A stretch of DNA of 62,940 nt, the filler included, from Lenisia limosa (taxonomy: Eukaryota; Protista; Breviatea): the NCBI GenBank assembly GCA_001655205.1. It is 12 parts of 12 records of this genome, joined end to end, with 100 filler letters (N's around TTAATTAATTAA, not from the genome) between each part and the next. Parts side by side here need not be neighbours in the genome. Positions count along the whole stretch, not along the records: positions 1,902 to 19,392 come from LPNZ01009385.1; positions 19,493 to 23,306 come from LPNZ01007977.1; 10 more parts are not named here. One strand, 5' to 3'. The translations under genes and the position numbers were made by a program. Of the stretch, positions 11,401 through 22,430 are shown piece by piece; positions within the stretch are counted from its first letter, which is position 1; each line of letters starts with the position of its first letter. The notes below the pieces were generated by a model, which had not been told where the DNA came from, made no database searches, and was given only the letters and a program-made list of their open reading frames with translations.

Positions 11401-14400
11401 GCAACGTCAGAAACGGACTCAATAAACTCCTTTCGCGACATTTTGTCCATTGATATTGATGGGATTTGTCGCGTGAGTATTGTGTACCTGGGGTTTTAGT
11501 GCGATGAAATTATTGTTTGAATTTGAAAATTACTTAATTAGTACCTGGGGTAATACAAATTGACTACTCCACCATATACCCTCCAACTTTATACCATCTT
11601 ACGTAATACGATCGCAAATACCTTGTTAATGTTATTAACCACAGGTTTCACTTCGGTTCAAATATAGTCCGAATTTCTCGATATATATCCTCGATATACT
11701 TCACAATTATATTGAACTTTTTCACCAGAGTGAGGCCCTAACCACACATTCAAAACTTCATCATTACCCCAAATAATATAGTATAGGCGCATACACAATT
11801 TATGGTGTTGTGTAAGCGCCCATACTATATTATTACGCCAAAAGAGAGAAGCCAAGACTATATCCCTATAACCTATTATTATCACCATCAAGTGCTTCCC
11901 TTTGGTTTGAAAAAGACCGATAAACATCGATAGTTTTCTAGGATTTATCGAGAAATTTAGTCTTTTCTCGAACCGAAGTGAAGTCCTAATTATGATACAG
12001 TATAACAGTTCCTTTTCACACATTATGACTCCAAGGGAGAAGGCATCTCCATCCCTAGAGCCTGTCTTTTCCTCCAGTAATTCAGGGGCAAGAAAAGGCA
12101 ATTCTAAATCAATTATCTATTGAAAAGGCAGGCTAAATAAAACGTTCAATATAATCTATTGTAAAGTACCCAAGTCGATGCGCCATAGTAGATACACACC
12201 CCTCACGATCATCAGTTGCGAGAATAGCATCCGAGAAATGAATGTTCCGACTAATCTGGAAGGGTGAAACTTCAAAACAGAATTTTTTGGGACAAAATTT
12301 CTGAAAGTTGGAATTTAGGATTTAGGATTTTATTAACTTTGAAATTTTTCTCATATTAACACACTCTGAACAACCAGAGGTTCAGAGTTGAATACGGCCG
12401 GCTTAAGCATGCTTAAAAAACCGTTTATGCAGTAAATTTCATTGCTGATAGTACAATCAAACAAACAAGTAATTTTTCCAAAAAAAACGAAAATTCCTTG
12501 GATAATCATTGAGTAAGTCGGTCAAGACTTATTAAAGTCAGTGTATTTGAAGAAATTAATAGGATTTCCAAAGACTCAATACTGAGTATCGACTTGGAAT
12601 TCCCAAGTATTTTTGGAAATCAAATTTCCGATTTCCATACAAATGGGATTCCCATGTAAAAAATGGGAATTTCAACTTGTTCACAAGAATCACAATTCAA
12701 AGCGCTGTAATATAATGGGAATCCCAATTCTATGCACATGGCTCAATCTTCAACACCCTAACAAGATCCCATTTTTAAATCATCAAACATACCTTGAGTC
12801 GATAAGCTGCATCAACCAAAATGTGCTCGGGTGTGAGCCTCGAGTGATAGACCGGTGGGTGGTGCATGTTCATACTCGAAATACCTACAGGTTTAACTCA
12901 GTTAACACTAGGGCGTCACCTGTTCAAAAAAGACAGGTAAAATATCGATCAATTCAGTCTTTTTTGAACCGATGTGAAGCCCTGTTTTTACAAATGAATC
13001 AATCATATTTGCACTTCCTGGAGTTGAAATGTGGTATTTTTGAACCGAACACTACGGCGCATTGACTTGGGATTCTTGTGAAAACGTTGGAATTTCAATA
13101 TTTTACATGGTAATTCCTTGAAATTTTATGGAAAGTTGAAGTAATTTGTGACCAAATAATATAAGGGAATCCCAAGTCGATGCGCCGTAGTGAAACATTT
13201 AGATTCACACCAACCCTGGGTAGTATCAAGCATAAACATGATCTTTTGAGAAAGCGCTAATGTGACTGTCGGGTTTTCTAGAATTGCCGCCAAGTTAGTT
13301 GATAGAAGCTCAGTAACAGCAACTCTGGACTGTCATATGTCGTGTTCAGTCTAATACCCAATCATTGTTTCAAAACGTACAATTTTCCATCGGGTGTAAT
13401 TGTCAGTCCTAAGAACGACACTACATTGTTGTTCCTACAAATATTAGACATTTTGCAAAACAGAAGGACAAAAATGAAATTCAAAACTGAACGACTGACT
13501 TCTCAATAAATCAAAAATATACTCATTTCAGGCACTCCATAAACGGTCATAGATAATATTGGTTTGTTTCGTTCAGTATATCCATATTCACAAATCCAAC
13601 CTATTTGTTTTGAAATATAATTATAGTAAAGTCTATTGACTCTAGGATTATTCCTGCACAATGCATACTTTCTTTTTGCACAAAACAAGAAACAATATTT
13701 GAAAATGTTTCTGATCAACCTTAAGATATATATTTTAGACTCTCTATCCTTGGAATGAAAAAATATCAAAACAACTTTCAGACAAGTTTATAGTGAACCT
13801 AAAACCTAGACAATACTCTATTTATAACCTATGCACCCAGACAAAGCAGTTTGGAGTAACATTGAAATAGAGATTCAAAAATATGAAATAACTATAACCG
13901 TCACAGTTTCTCACAATAGTCCAGTTTTATCTCCGACAGCTATGTATTAAATTTCGAAAATTTGGAGTGATACTCATTGTAAGTAGGGCTTCACTTCGGT
14001 TTGGAAGAGCCAAAAATATCGATAGTTTTCGAGGATTTATCGAAATTCAGTCTTTTTTCGAACGGAAGTGAAGCCCTAGTGATATTGTTACACTTCAGCG
14101 TATTGATTTGTGATTCTTTTGAAAAATTATGGGATTATGGGAAACTGCAAATATTTGTGGGATTCCCAAATAAGATGAATCCGAAGTCAATGTTCCGGTG
14201 TCATGCAAACCCTGGTTGTGAATATGGAGGGATAGTGAGAAAACTCAAAATGTGTATGAATGCAGGGTGTCAACCCAAAAACAGTCAAAACAGAGCTTTT
14301 CCTACACGATCATTATTTACTGTTATAAAAGTTTTGGAAGCAAGACATCAAATTTTAGAAATTATTTCCTCAAAGTTCATGAAGTCATTCCAGAGTTCCC

Positions 14401-17400
14401 CTAACCTTAGAATATACTGTGAATGAGCAACTTCAATAAGCTTCTCAGGGATTCGTGTCCATATTTTGTCCTAAATCGCAGTAAATTGTTCTCAAAACAA
14501 TTTATTATATCATATATTATATATTATATGTAGCAATGAGAAATAACAATAAGGTTGTATCTGGCCNNNNNNNNNNNNNNNNNNNNNNNNNNNNNNNNNN
14601 NNNNNATACTGGTGTGTCTGGTAGGATGACTAACATGGCCGAAAATCGAAATTCATTCAGGATTTATCGAGAAATTAGGTAGTATTTGAGCGCTTATTTT
14701 CTCAAAAAAACCTACCAGTTGTAACTGAGTTAAGCAACTTGTTCCTGAATCAAACGCTTTTACCCACTCAACTACAATGTTAAATAAAGTAAGTTGGGCT
14801 ATACTCCGAAATAAACAGGAAAATATCCATAGTTGTCGAGGATATATAAAAAAATCAGTCTTGTTCGACCCAAGGTGAACCCCTATTTAAGCAGGCCGCT
14901 ATACCAGAATGAAACCTCGGAGTGTAAGTATGGATTTGAGGGACAGCTGTTACTACTTGTGACCATAATTCGTGGATTTGGGGCTCGGTTAACTTGAGAT
15001 TCTTATGGCGCGTTGACTTGGGATTCTTATGGCTAGGTTGGAATTCCCAATATTTACATGGGAATCCCACAGAGTTATATGGAAATCTGAAAATTTGTCT
15101 GGGATTCACAAGTACTCCATGGGAATTCCAAGTCGATGCGCCGTAGTAGTACCAGAAATGTTGTACAAAAATTGGAATCTCAATATGATGTGAATAACAC
15201 TACGGCGCACATCGACTTGGGTTCCTGAGTAATATTTGGGAATATCATATTTGTCTTCAAATTCCCATAAAATTCCGTGGGATTACCATGTAATATATGG
15301 AAATTCCCGTTTTCATAAGAATTCCAAGTCGATGCGCTGTAGTGAATTCGATGGAGGCTCTCATCTTCTCTGCGTTTCTTCTTATATTTAACAACAGCTT
15401 TGACTCAATTTGTGATGTAAAGGGGTTTGAATACAACTACTTTCAAATCGCCAAAAATTACCTAAAACTGTCAACCCCAAGGGCTATAAAATGATTAAGC
15501 GGACTCTCACCAACCGGACACCAGTTCCTGGTCTTTTCCTCGCGATTCCTGTGGAGACTGCGATGCGCTGCGGGAGGGAGCGGTAGAAGGGGTATTATCG
15601 CCGGACCTAAGAGAGTCCATTTCAACCACAGTGCAGTTTTGGATCGTGTCATCTTCATCGCGTCTTGGTACCTGTCCTGGTCAGTGTTTATTTATGTGAT
15701 CTTAGGAATATAGGATGTGATGTAGTATATCATATACACATGCAGATACTACGTGCGTTTAAGCATCAGTGTTTAATAAGGGACTAAATGAGGTATTATA
15801 AAACATAAAAACAGTAGACTAAAACATCTGTTATACACCCCGTATACGTGTTTAATAAGGGACTTGTGAGTTTTCCAGACTCTCAAAGCAACAGGCTGGA
15901 GATGAAGCCTTCCTTCTGCCACCAATGTTCGATTGCCTTCCGCAATCTACTTAAATTAGGGCATAATGTTGGTTACCAAATAAGATTTCTCATTCAACAA
16001 TTCATTTATCAAATTTGAAAGCTGATAAACCATCATTAACATTGTGAATATACACCCTGTACCCTCCCGTATCAAACTCAAGGGGAAATTTTGGGGGGCA
16101 CCACGCTTATAAGAGATACTACCTACATCACCACCCATCGTTTGTACTCATACAGCAACCTACATCACCACCCATCATTTGTACTCATACAACAATCTAC
16201 ATCACCACCCATCATTTGTACTCATACAGTAGAATGGGTATGCAAAAGATCCAAAAGCTCGTAAAAACTATGTGAATTGTCGTTTTGTCTCAGTACGTCC
16301 ACTACCATCATTATTGTAACACCGATAGAAAAAACATTACCACAGAGTTCCACTTTGATTCAAAATAGACTGAATTGATAAAATATCTAAAACTATCAAA
16401 AATTTGCCGTCTCTTTTGGACCAAAATGAAGCCCAATTGTAATCCATCAACATCATTAATAGCATGCAACCACAATTACCAGAGATATAAGTCGAATATC
16501 CGCCCATCGAATGTAGAGAAGATCCTGTAGCGAAGGCTTAACACGAGCCCTGATCAGCAGGAAAGCAAACAAAGCGATGAGACCAAGTGCGGACAGAGCT
16601 CCTGTTTTTATTAGTCTTTTTTGCTCTTTGCAATTGCTGTTTTGATAATTTTGGAAATTGCTGGTTTATTATGGATATTGCTGATTTTAGATCTAAGAAA
16701 AGTGTTGATCTGAGAATTATAAACCTCAAAATGACCCCACCTCTCATCTAAAGACCCACAATCATCCCAATATCCAGCACAACCATCCCAACATCCCAAA
16801 ATCTAAAATCTAACCCCCTACCTATACCCAAAAAAATGCCCCAAATCACCCCAAATACCCAAAAAAATGCCCCAAATCACACCAAATACCCAAAAAAAAT
16901 GCCCCAAATCACACCAAATACCCAAAAAAATGCCCCAAATCACCCCAAATACCCAAAAGAATCATCCACCAATAAGCAGTTGTATCTTCGGCTTCGGCAA
17001 CACAGTGAGCAAATTGCCTGTCTGTGCCTGGGATAATCTACAATGTGAAGTGCAACACCGTGAGCAAATTTTCTGCATAAACGGCATTTTGTTAAATCAC
17101 CACAGTTTGTGCCTGGAATAATTAACTGTGTTTATTGCTTTCCTTTGAAGAGGACCATAAAATATCGATATTTATCGAGGGTTTATCGAGATATTCAGTC
17201 ATTTTGGGAACATAGATTCCCTTAACAGTATTAAATGCTCAGCGTGTTCCAAAAAATGAAAAAATGAAAAAATGAAAAAAAGAGGAGAATAACACGAGGG
17301 ATGCAACTGTAATAATACCCAGAAAGTTGTTCAATCACCACCTATATCCACTTGTGATATGATCTTATTATTTTGAGGTGATATTCACTCATGATATGAT

Positions 17401-19130
17401 CATATGACCAAATTTCAAGTCAAAATGATAAGTTAGCCTGTTGATTCATTCCGAGTGTATCAGGATATCATTTACTGTCGGTCAATTATCACACAGGTGG
17501 ATATGAGGTATCCTATCATTGCGTAGAAAATGATAGTTTACACATGATAATAAACCAAAAAGTGGTACATGTGTGAATATGAACAAGTGACATATTCACC
17601 CACCTTGAAATCCTGAATATCAATATCAAATTTGCCCATATTGTAGAACTGCAGCTCTTTGTTGCAATCTGTAGAAAAGCCAAATTGAAAGGGCGAGGCA
17701 CTGCTGACTCTGAGACAGTCAAAAGATTTCGTCATCACGCCGCTCGCAAAACACGCCCAATCATCACCTTCCCCATTTCACTACGGCGCATCGACCTGGG
17801 AGTCTTGTGAAAACTCTGGAATTCCCGTAGTTTACATTGGAATCCCATGAAATTTCATGGTAATTCGAAGAAAAATAACAGGGAATCCCAAGTCGATGTG
17901 ACGAAATGTTACATGCCTAATCATCACCAACTCTAAAGCGGTGTCTTTAAGTGCATCAACAAATCCGGAGGCACTTTTAACCACCGCTCGCTGAAGGGCC
18001 CTTTCGACAGTCTACACAATGAGAACTTTAAACTCCGTTCTTTTGATATATGGTCACGGTTATTGAGCTTTGTATTGTCAATCGTGTCAGGACATATCAC
18101 AGACACTCTCTGTTCACAAATCAAAACCGGCCATATACCTGAGAAAGCAAAAAACCTTCTAAGGCATTACCATCAGCGCGAAGATGATAATTTTCCTCCG
18201 AAAAGCTATTGTCAAACTGCTGAACAACTGAACTATCCTGGTATTCCGGCAATTTAATGTCGGGGACCACCTTGTTGAGTTAATAATTGTGGTAAATGAG
18301 GGGATCAATATAAGAATAAATGGAAGGAGTAAAATATCGTCTTTGAAGAAATAGACAAAAATGGAGATACAAAAACCCAGAGATAACACAAAGTATCAAT
18401 CAAGGTGAGGATAATATAAACAATAAACCGCCAAAATCAACTCTGATAGCAAAATATTTCCGACCCACATGTTTAAGATTATAATACAGATATTTGCTAC
18501 ATTCATATAAATCGGCATTTTATTTAATATCATATTGATTATATTTCTGCATTTATATACATACATAAATCGATATTAGATTTAAAAAACCCACATTTGA
18601 GAAGAACACACGATCATGCAAGTTTTGATCCATGACAAAGTGACCAGTGTTATGGTCGCGTGAGCTGTGTAGACCGACAATTATTGTGTCATCAGCAATA
18701 AACGGCTGGGGAGAGTAAAATTGGACAATTTATGAAACAACAAGAACCCAAATCAANNNNNNNNNNNNNNNNNNNNNNNNNNNNNNNTTGGTTACCACAA
18801 AAAACCAAAACCAAGGCCAGTTGCTTCTCCATCACTCCAGCGTAGGTAAGAAAAGGATGTGGTGAGATGTAAAAAGACAATTACCATGATATTAGCAATA
18901 AATGGTTGGGGCGGCGGTAAGTATGTAAAATCTAGAATCTGTGGTGAGAAATAGATCTTTTGGAGAAATCTAGAATCTGGAATCTGGAATCTGGTAATAA
19001 AAGACATATCAATTGGGAAGTATAATAAAAAAATTATTTACCAGATTTCATATTTTCCTTCCCTTTTACACTATATATTCATATTGTGTATGGTCTTTGC
19101 CCCACCTGAATCGTATCTAGGGTAACTTCA
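5417..19130 (-). CDS. Single-pass receptor guanylyl cyclase: ectodomain-TM-pseudokinase-guanylyl cyclase (5' partial, >20 exons)
   Basis: TM exon GALSALGLIALFAFLLIRARVKPSLQDLLYIRWADIRLIS (~16481-16607). Kinase-homology exons NNVVSFLGLTITPDGKLY, VTELLSTNLAAILENPTVTLALSQKIMFMLDTTQG, HHPPVYHSRLTPEHILVDAAYRLK (~12793-12886), PFLAPELLEEKTGSRDGDAFSLGV and IAELWAQNPVRRP. Cyclase exons VFPPHIARALLQGQEINPEKFDIVTILFS-DIVGYTSLSSTLKPEDVFTFLNSLYLVYDDITHRCQTFKVETIG-DAYMAVGG, VSIRIGVHSGPVVASVMG, LRPHYCLVGDTVNVASRMESTSKENCCQ and RRGWMEIKGKGRI. Confidence 0.9.
6447..6542. mobile_element. MITE family A copy
   Basis: TA|GGACTTCACTTCGGTTC...GAATCAAAGTGAAGCCC|TA; intronic. Confidence 0.85.
7365..7622 (-). repeat. 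~270-bp dispersed repeat J (copy 1)
   Basis: Reverse complement aligns with 14087-14360. Both copies translate to CHANPGC(D/E)YGGI.RKLKM.MNAGCQP.N..NRAFPTRSLFTVIKVLEA. Confidence 0.8.
7632..7727. mobile_element. MITE family A copy
   Basis: GGGCTTCACTTTGGCTCG...CGAACCGAAGTGAAGCCC|TA. Confidence 0.85.
8258..8352. mobile_element. MITE family A copy (reverse core orientation)
   Basis: TA|GCGCTTCACTTCGGTTCG...CGAACCGAAGTGGAGCCC|TA. Confidence 0.85.
9340..9422. mobile_element. MITE family A copy (degenerate left end)
   Basis: Core plus right TIR CGAACCGAACTGAGGCCC|TA. Confidence 0.75.
10477..10568. mobile_element. MITE family A copy
   Basis: TA|GTGCTTCACTTCGGTTC...CGAACCGAAGTGAAGCCC|TA. Confidence 0.85.
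10680..11085. repeat. Composite inverted-repeat structure with family B TIR ends
   Basis: TTGAGAGTACCAAATTCCTATTG...(~10680-10730) is inverted at ~10897-10942. B-type ends CCCGTAGGGAAGC (~10806-10819) and GCTTCCCTACGGTCCAAAAAATCGAG (~11048-11073). Confidence 0.55.
11209..11335. mobile_element. Family G MITE-like element (copy 2)
   Basis: TIR CTAAATATGAGGTCCACTT...AAGTGGACCTCATGTTAG; matches 4663-4773. Confidence 0.7.
11643..11738. mobile_element. MITE family A copy (diverged)
   Basis: AGGTTTCACTTCGGTTC...CCAGAGTGAGGCCC|TA. Confidence 0.7.
11892..11986. mobile_element. MITE family A copy
   Basis: GTGCTTCCCTTTGGTTTG...CGAACCGAAGTGAAGTCC|TA. Confidence 0.8.
12911..12982. mobile_element. MITE family A, internally deleted copy
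   Basis: TA|GGGCGTCACCTGTTC...GAACCGATGTGAAGCCC. Confidence 0.75.
13050..13192. mobile_element. CACTA-ended MITE family C
   Basis: AA|CACTACGGCGCATTGACTTGGGATTC...GAATCCCAAGTCGATGCGCCGTAGTG|AA; ~26-bp TIR. Confidence 0.85.
13986..14076. mobile_element. MITE family A copy
   Basis: TA|GGGCTTCACTTCGGTT...AACGGAAGTGAAGCCC|TA. Confidence 0.85.
14087..14360 (+). repeat. ~270-bp dispersed repeat J (copy 2)
   Basis: Inverted copy of 7365-7622. Confidence 0.8.
14815..14883. mobile_element. MITE family A partial copy
   Basis: Core plus degenerate right TIR CGACCCAAGGTGAACCCC|TA. Confidence 0.6.
15005..15147. mobile_element. CACTA-ended MITE family C (left end eroded)
   Basis: GGCGCGTTGACTTGGGATTC...GAATTCCAAGTCGATGCGCCGTAGT. 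Confidence 0.75.
15198..15344. mobile_element. CACTA-ended MITE family C
   Basis: AA|CACTACGGCGCACATCGACTTGGG...CCAAGTCGATGCGCTGTAGTG|AA. Confidence 0.85.
16120..16229. repeat. Minisatellite, 37-bp unit x3
   Basis: ACCTACATCACCACCCATC(G/A)TTTGTACTCATACAGCA repeated. Confidence 0.85.
16344..16434. mobile_element. MITE family A copy (old, diverged)
   Basis: GAGTTCCACTTTGATTC...GGACCAAAATGAAGCCC. Confidence 0.6.
16828..16955. repeat. Minisatellite, ~31-bp unit x4
   Basis: AAAAAAATGCCCCAAATCAC(C/A)CCAAATACCC repeated. Confidence 0.85.
17140..17222. mobile_element. MITE subfamily B copy (diverged)
   Basis: Core AAAATATCGATATTTATCGAGGGTTTATCGAGATATTCAGTC is shared with 38452 and 56370. Confidence 0.6.
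17779..17900. mobile_element. CACTA-ended MITE family C (right end eroded)
   Basis: CACTACGGCGCATCGACCTGGGAGTC...GAATCCCAAGTCGATG. Confidence 0.75.
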
Positions 19131-19529
19131 AAAATGTGAGGCGAAACTAGCAATAAGATAATCTGAGAAATATTAAAGATCAACAATAATTGGGTTAAAG
19201 TAGGAATAAAACTAATGATGCATGGTTGAATTTAAGAATATAATTAAGATGAAGATTGATTGAATTTAAGGAAAATTAAGATGAATATTGGTTGTATTTA
19301 AGATGAATATTGGTTGAATTTAAAACTACGATGAAGATTGGGTGAATTTAACCATTTGCCCACCCATATACATGTAATAAAATTATGCTTGTNNNNNNNN
19401 NNNNNNNNNNNNNNNNNNNNNNNNNNNNNNNNNNNNTTAATTAATTAANNNNNNNNNNNNNNNNNNNNNNNNNNNNNNNNNNNNNNNNNNNNAAAAAAAA
19501 AAACAATACATATCAGGCATGTCCCCATC

Positions 19530-22430
19530 CGTATGTCGTGAGACTGATATGAAAATGGTGTGGTTCTTCAAAGATCGGATTTTTCAACTTAATAAGTTTC
19601 CCTCCATATTTAGACAGCCGCAAACCTCGATGTGGGCGACAGACTTCTTCTTTTTCCTCCTTCGTTTGGCCTTGACAGGAGCAACGGTCTCGTCCTCTGG
19701 ATGGTCAAGGACTCTTCTTATTATATTATATATCGATGTTTATCTCAATCACATTGCATATCAAATGTAGGTGGGTGGCAAGGTCAAATTTGAATGCGAT
19801 CCGGTTTCCATGCAGTATTCGTATAAAATCAAACTATATGTTACACAAAATATATGACAATTATTGGATGGGGGGGGGGGGGNNNNNNNNNNNNNNNNNN
19901 NNNNNNNNNNNNNNNNNNNNNNNNNNNNNNNNNNNNNNNNNNNNNNNNNNNNNNNNNNNNNNNNNNNNNNNNNNNNNNTTTTCTGTATATAATATGTCGA
20001 AGACCCTAAGAACTACACAGGTCAAAGGAGTTTCTAGCAAAAGCCGTTGACATTGTTTCCCAAACAAATCACTCCGCTATTCCCCCACCATTTAAGGGGG
20101 GTAAATCCGAAGTCGTGCTCCGAGGGGTACGTTTTGGACCGTTTCTAGTCTCCAAAGTAGCTAAATCACATTATATTGCGAGACCTGCTCAGCGGGACAA
20201 CTTAGACCTTTAATGGTTATTTAGTGCAAAAATCAACATTTGCCATAGAGACTAGAAACGACACATGTTTCATATTTAGAAGCGACACATTACACTGATA
20301 GTGGTATGTCTTGACAGATTATCCCGAAGGGAAATTTGGTTATAACGAGCAAGACTTACCACTGTCATTTTGTACAGGCTTTCAATAGTATTGATGAAAA
20401 AAACAAAAACAAAAAAAAAACAGTTAAAAATGATATCCATGTCACCGCCCTCATACTGCCCCGAGGAGAGAGGGACACTGAGCTGGTGCGGGCAATGGGT
20501 TGTGCCGGTTTCCACTGGTATAAGGAAGACTCCATAAAGACCACGTCAGTGACTGTCATGTCCAATATTGCTGTAGCCGTAGCAGGTAAATCTAGATCGT
20601 CAACGGAACAAAAATAGTCTTAAATGCAGCAGTGTGTTTATTGATAGTTTTATTTTCAGATAAGAGGGATGTAAACAATGATAGCAACAACAGATTACAT
20701 AATCGCACAATTGTAATATCGTAAATATGTTAAGAGACTATTTCAGTTCAATCTGAGATTTAACAAAAAATATGAATAACAATTCCTCTTTTGAAATATT
20801 TTTGAGCCCACCCTCCTCATCCCAGGTTATTCTCCTAAACTAGGCTCTATATATGTTTTTTCAATCAAGGGCTCCATGAAGGGTAGGTGTTATGGGTTTT
20901 AATCCTATACACAATCGTCCAACATGGTTGTCCTCCTGACACTGCAATCCTGGCTTTCAATATACCGATCTCAATATCCTTACACTATCATAGTCGAAGA
21001 AGAAAGGAAGTGATAGGTTTCAACAGAGAAATAAAATAATCCATCTCTTAACTTTCACAACATGTAATGTTTTTGAACTAACAACACAAACCAAACGAAT
21101 TTTGATAAGACAGGCCAAAAAAACACCATTTGAGAATACTGCCTCCTACCGCCCCCTTGGCAAGGGTGAATTGCGGGCGTTGCATCCGGCTCCACTTCTA
21201 ACAAGTTGACAGATAGAAAATTATCGTGATGCTACACTCAAATTCAATTATAACAGATGGTAGGCATGAGCCTCCCAATATGAACGACACATTACACATC
21301 ACACTTTCCCCACTCCTTTGCCTAGAAAACCAACAAACCGTCCACTTCAGTCACACTATGCAGGAAGGACACAGCCAAGGCAGGGACGGACACGTAGAAG
21401 TTAGATCTGAAGTAACTTTGAGCGAACAGCGCAGTGGGAAGGGAGAGAGTGTCTCTTTGAAGACCGTCCAGGAGGATCTCCAGTGATATCTGCGATGAAA
21501 GGGGGGAAGCTGTGTTACCTTTGTTCTCAGTACAAAAGATGATATGGATTGTTAAAAAGAGGGTAAACCGAATTTAATATGGATTGTTAAAAAGAGGGTA
21601 AACCGAATTTAATATGGATTGTTAAAAAGAGGGTAAACCGAATTTAATATGGATTGTTAAAATGAGGGTAAACCGAATTTAATATGGATTGTTAAAAAGA
21701 GGGTAAACCGAATTTAATATGGATTGTTAAAATGAGGGGGTGGTGGAGTGTTTTGTAGTTGAAAATGGTAAAATGGGACATTTGCTTAGTTGTGCACACC
21801 CTCTACATTGACACACCACCCGAGTATCAATCCCCACGTGCACACCTGTTTAAAAGATAAAAGATGATCCCCCACGACCTTAGCACCACCAGTTTGGTAT
21901 CATAGCCCCCACCACCTTGGTATTGGCGTATTCAAAGAACTCCCTGACAGCTGGGACAAGAAGAGCGCTCAAAACGACTTTCGAGTGTTCGGATACTGAC
22001 ACCAATACGTGTGACTCTTCTGTCTCCGGCCTATGGGGGTGAGTACTGTTTCGAACTAATAGACAAAAGAGACAAACAAAACACTGAGATAACATATAGT
22101 ATCAAACAGTTACGAACCAGCGAGAGGGGAGAAGGGTCCATGATCCTGGGGGGTACAATTGGAAAATTTATGAAACAAAAAAAGCCCAAAATTTGGCTGA
22201 CAACAGACGACGGTTAAAAACAACANNNNNNNNNNNNNNNNNNNNNNNNNNNNNNNNNNNNNNNNNNNNNNNNNNNNNNNNNNNNNNNNNNNNNNNNNNN
22301 NNNNNNNNNNNNNNNNNNGTGACACTCGTTTTGTGTTAATGGGATATCCCCCCTCCCACTCCTGCAGCTGCTTAGAGGCGTAGAACGATTGCGACTGAGT
22401 ATCCGAAGCATTGATGGCACTCATACGTCT
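19530..22430 (-). CDS. Multi-exon gene fragment of unknown function (possibly the 5' part of the GC receptor, possibly a separate gene)
   Basis: Putative exons RMSAINASDTQSQSFYASKQLQ, SALLVPAVREFFEYANTK, ISLEILLDGLQRDTLSLPTALFAQSYFRSNFYVSVPALAVSFLHS, DLDLPATATAILDMTVTDVVFMESS and VLDHPEDETVAPVKAKRRRKKKKSVAHIE. Lies between two spacers. Confidence 0.4.
21542..21738. repeat. Minisatellite, 35-bp unit x~5.6
   Basis: ATATGGATTGTTAAAA(A/T)GAGGGTAAACCGAATTTA head-to-tail with no spacers. Confidence 0.95.

Noticed and set aside
13986-14076. GGTTCGA in the MITE A TIR as a tRNA or Pol III B-box
   Set aside because: No A-box, cloverleaf or downstream CC of the B-box consensus; the palindromic TA-flanked structure fits a MITE better.
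16836-17121. ORFs MPQITPNTQK...
   Set aside because: These are translations of the ~31-bp intronic minisatellite.
21542-21738. 35-bp repeats as a CRISPR array
   Set aside because: Units are head-to-tail with no unique spacers, there are no cas genes, and the context is a eukaryotic intron.
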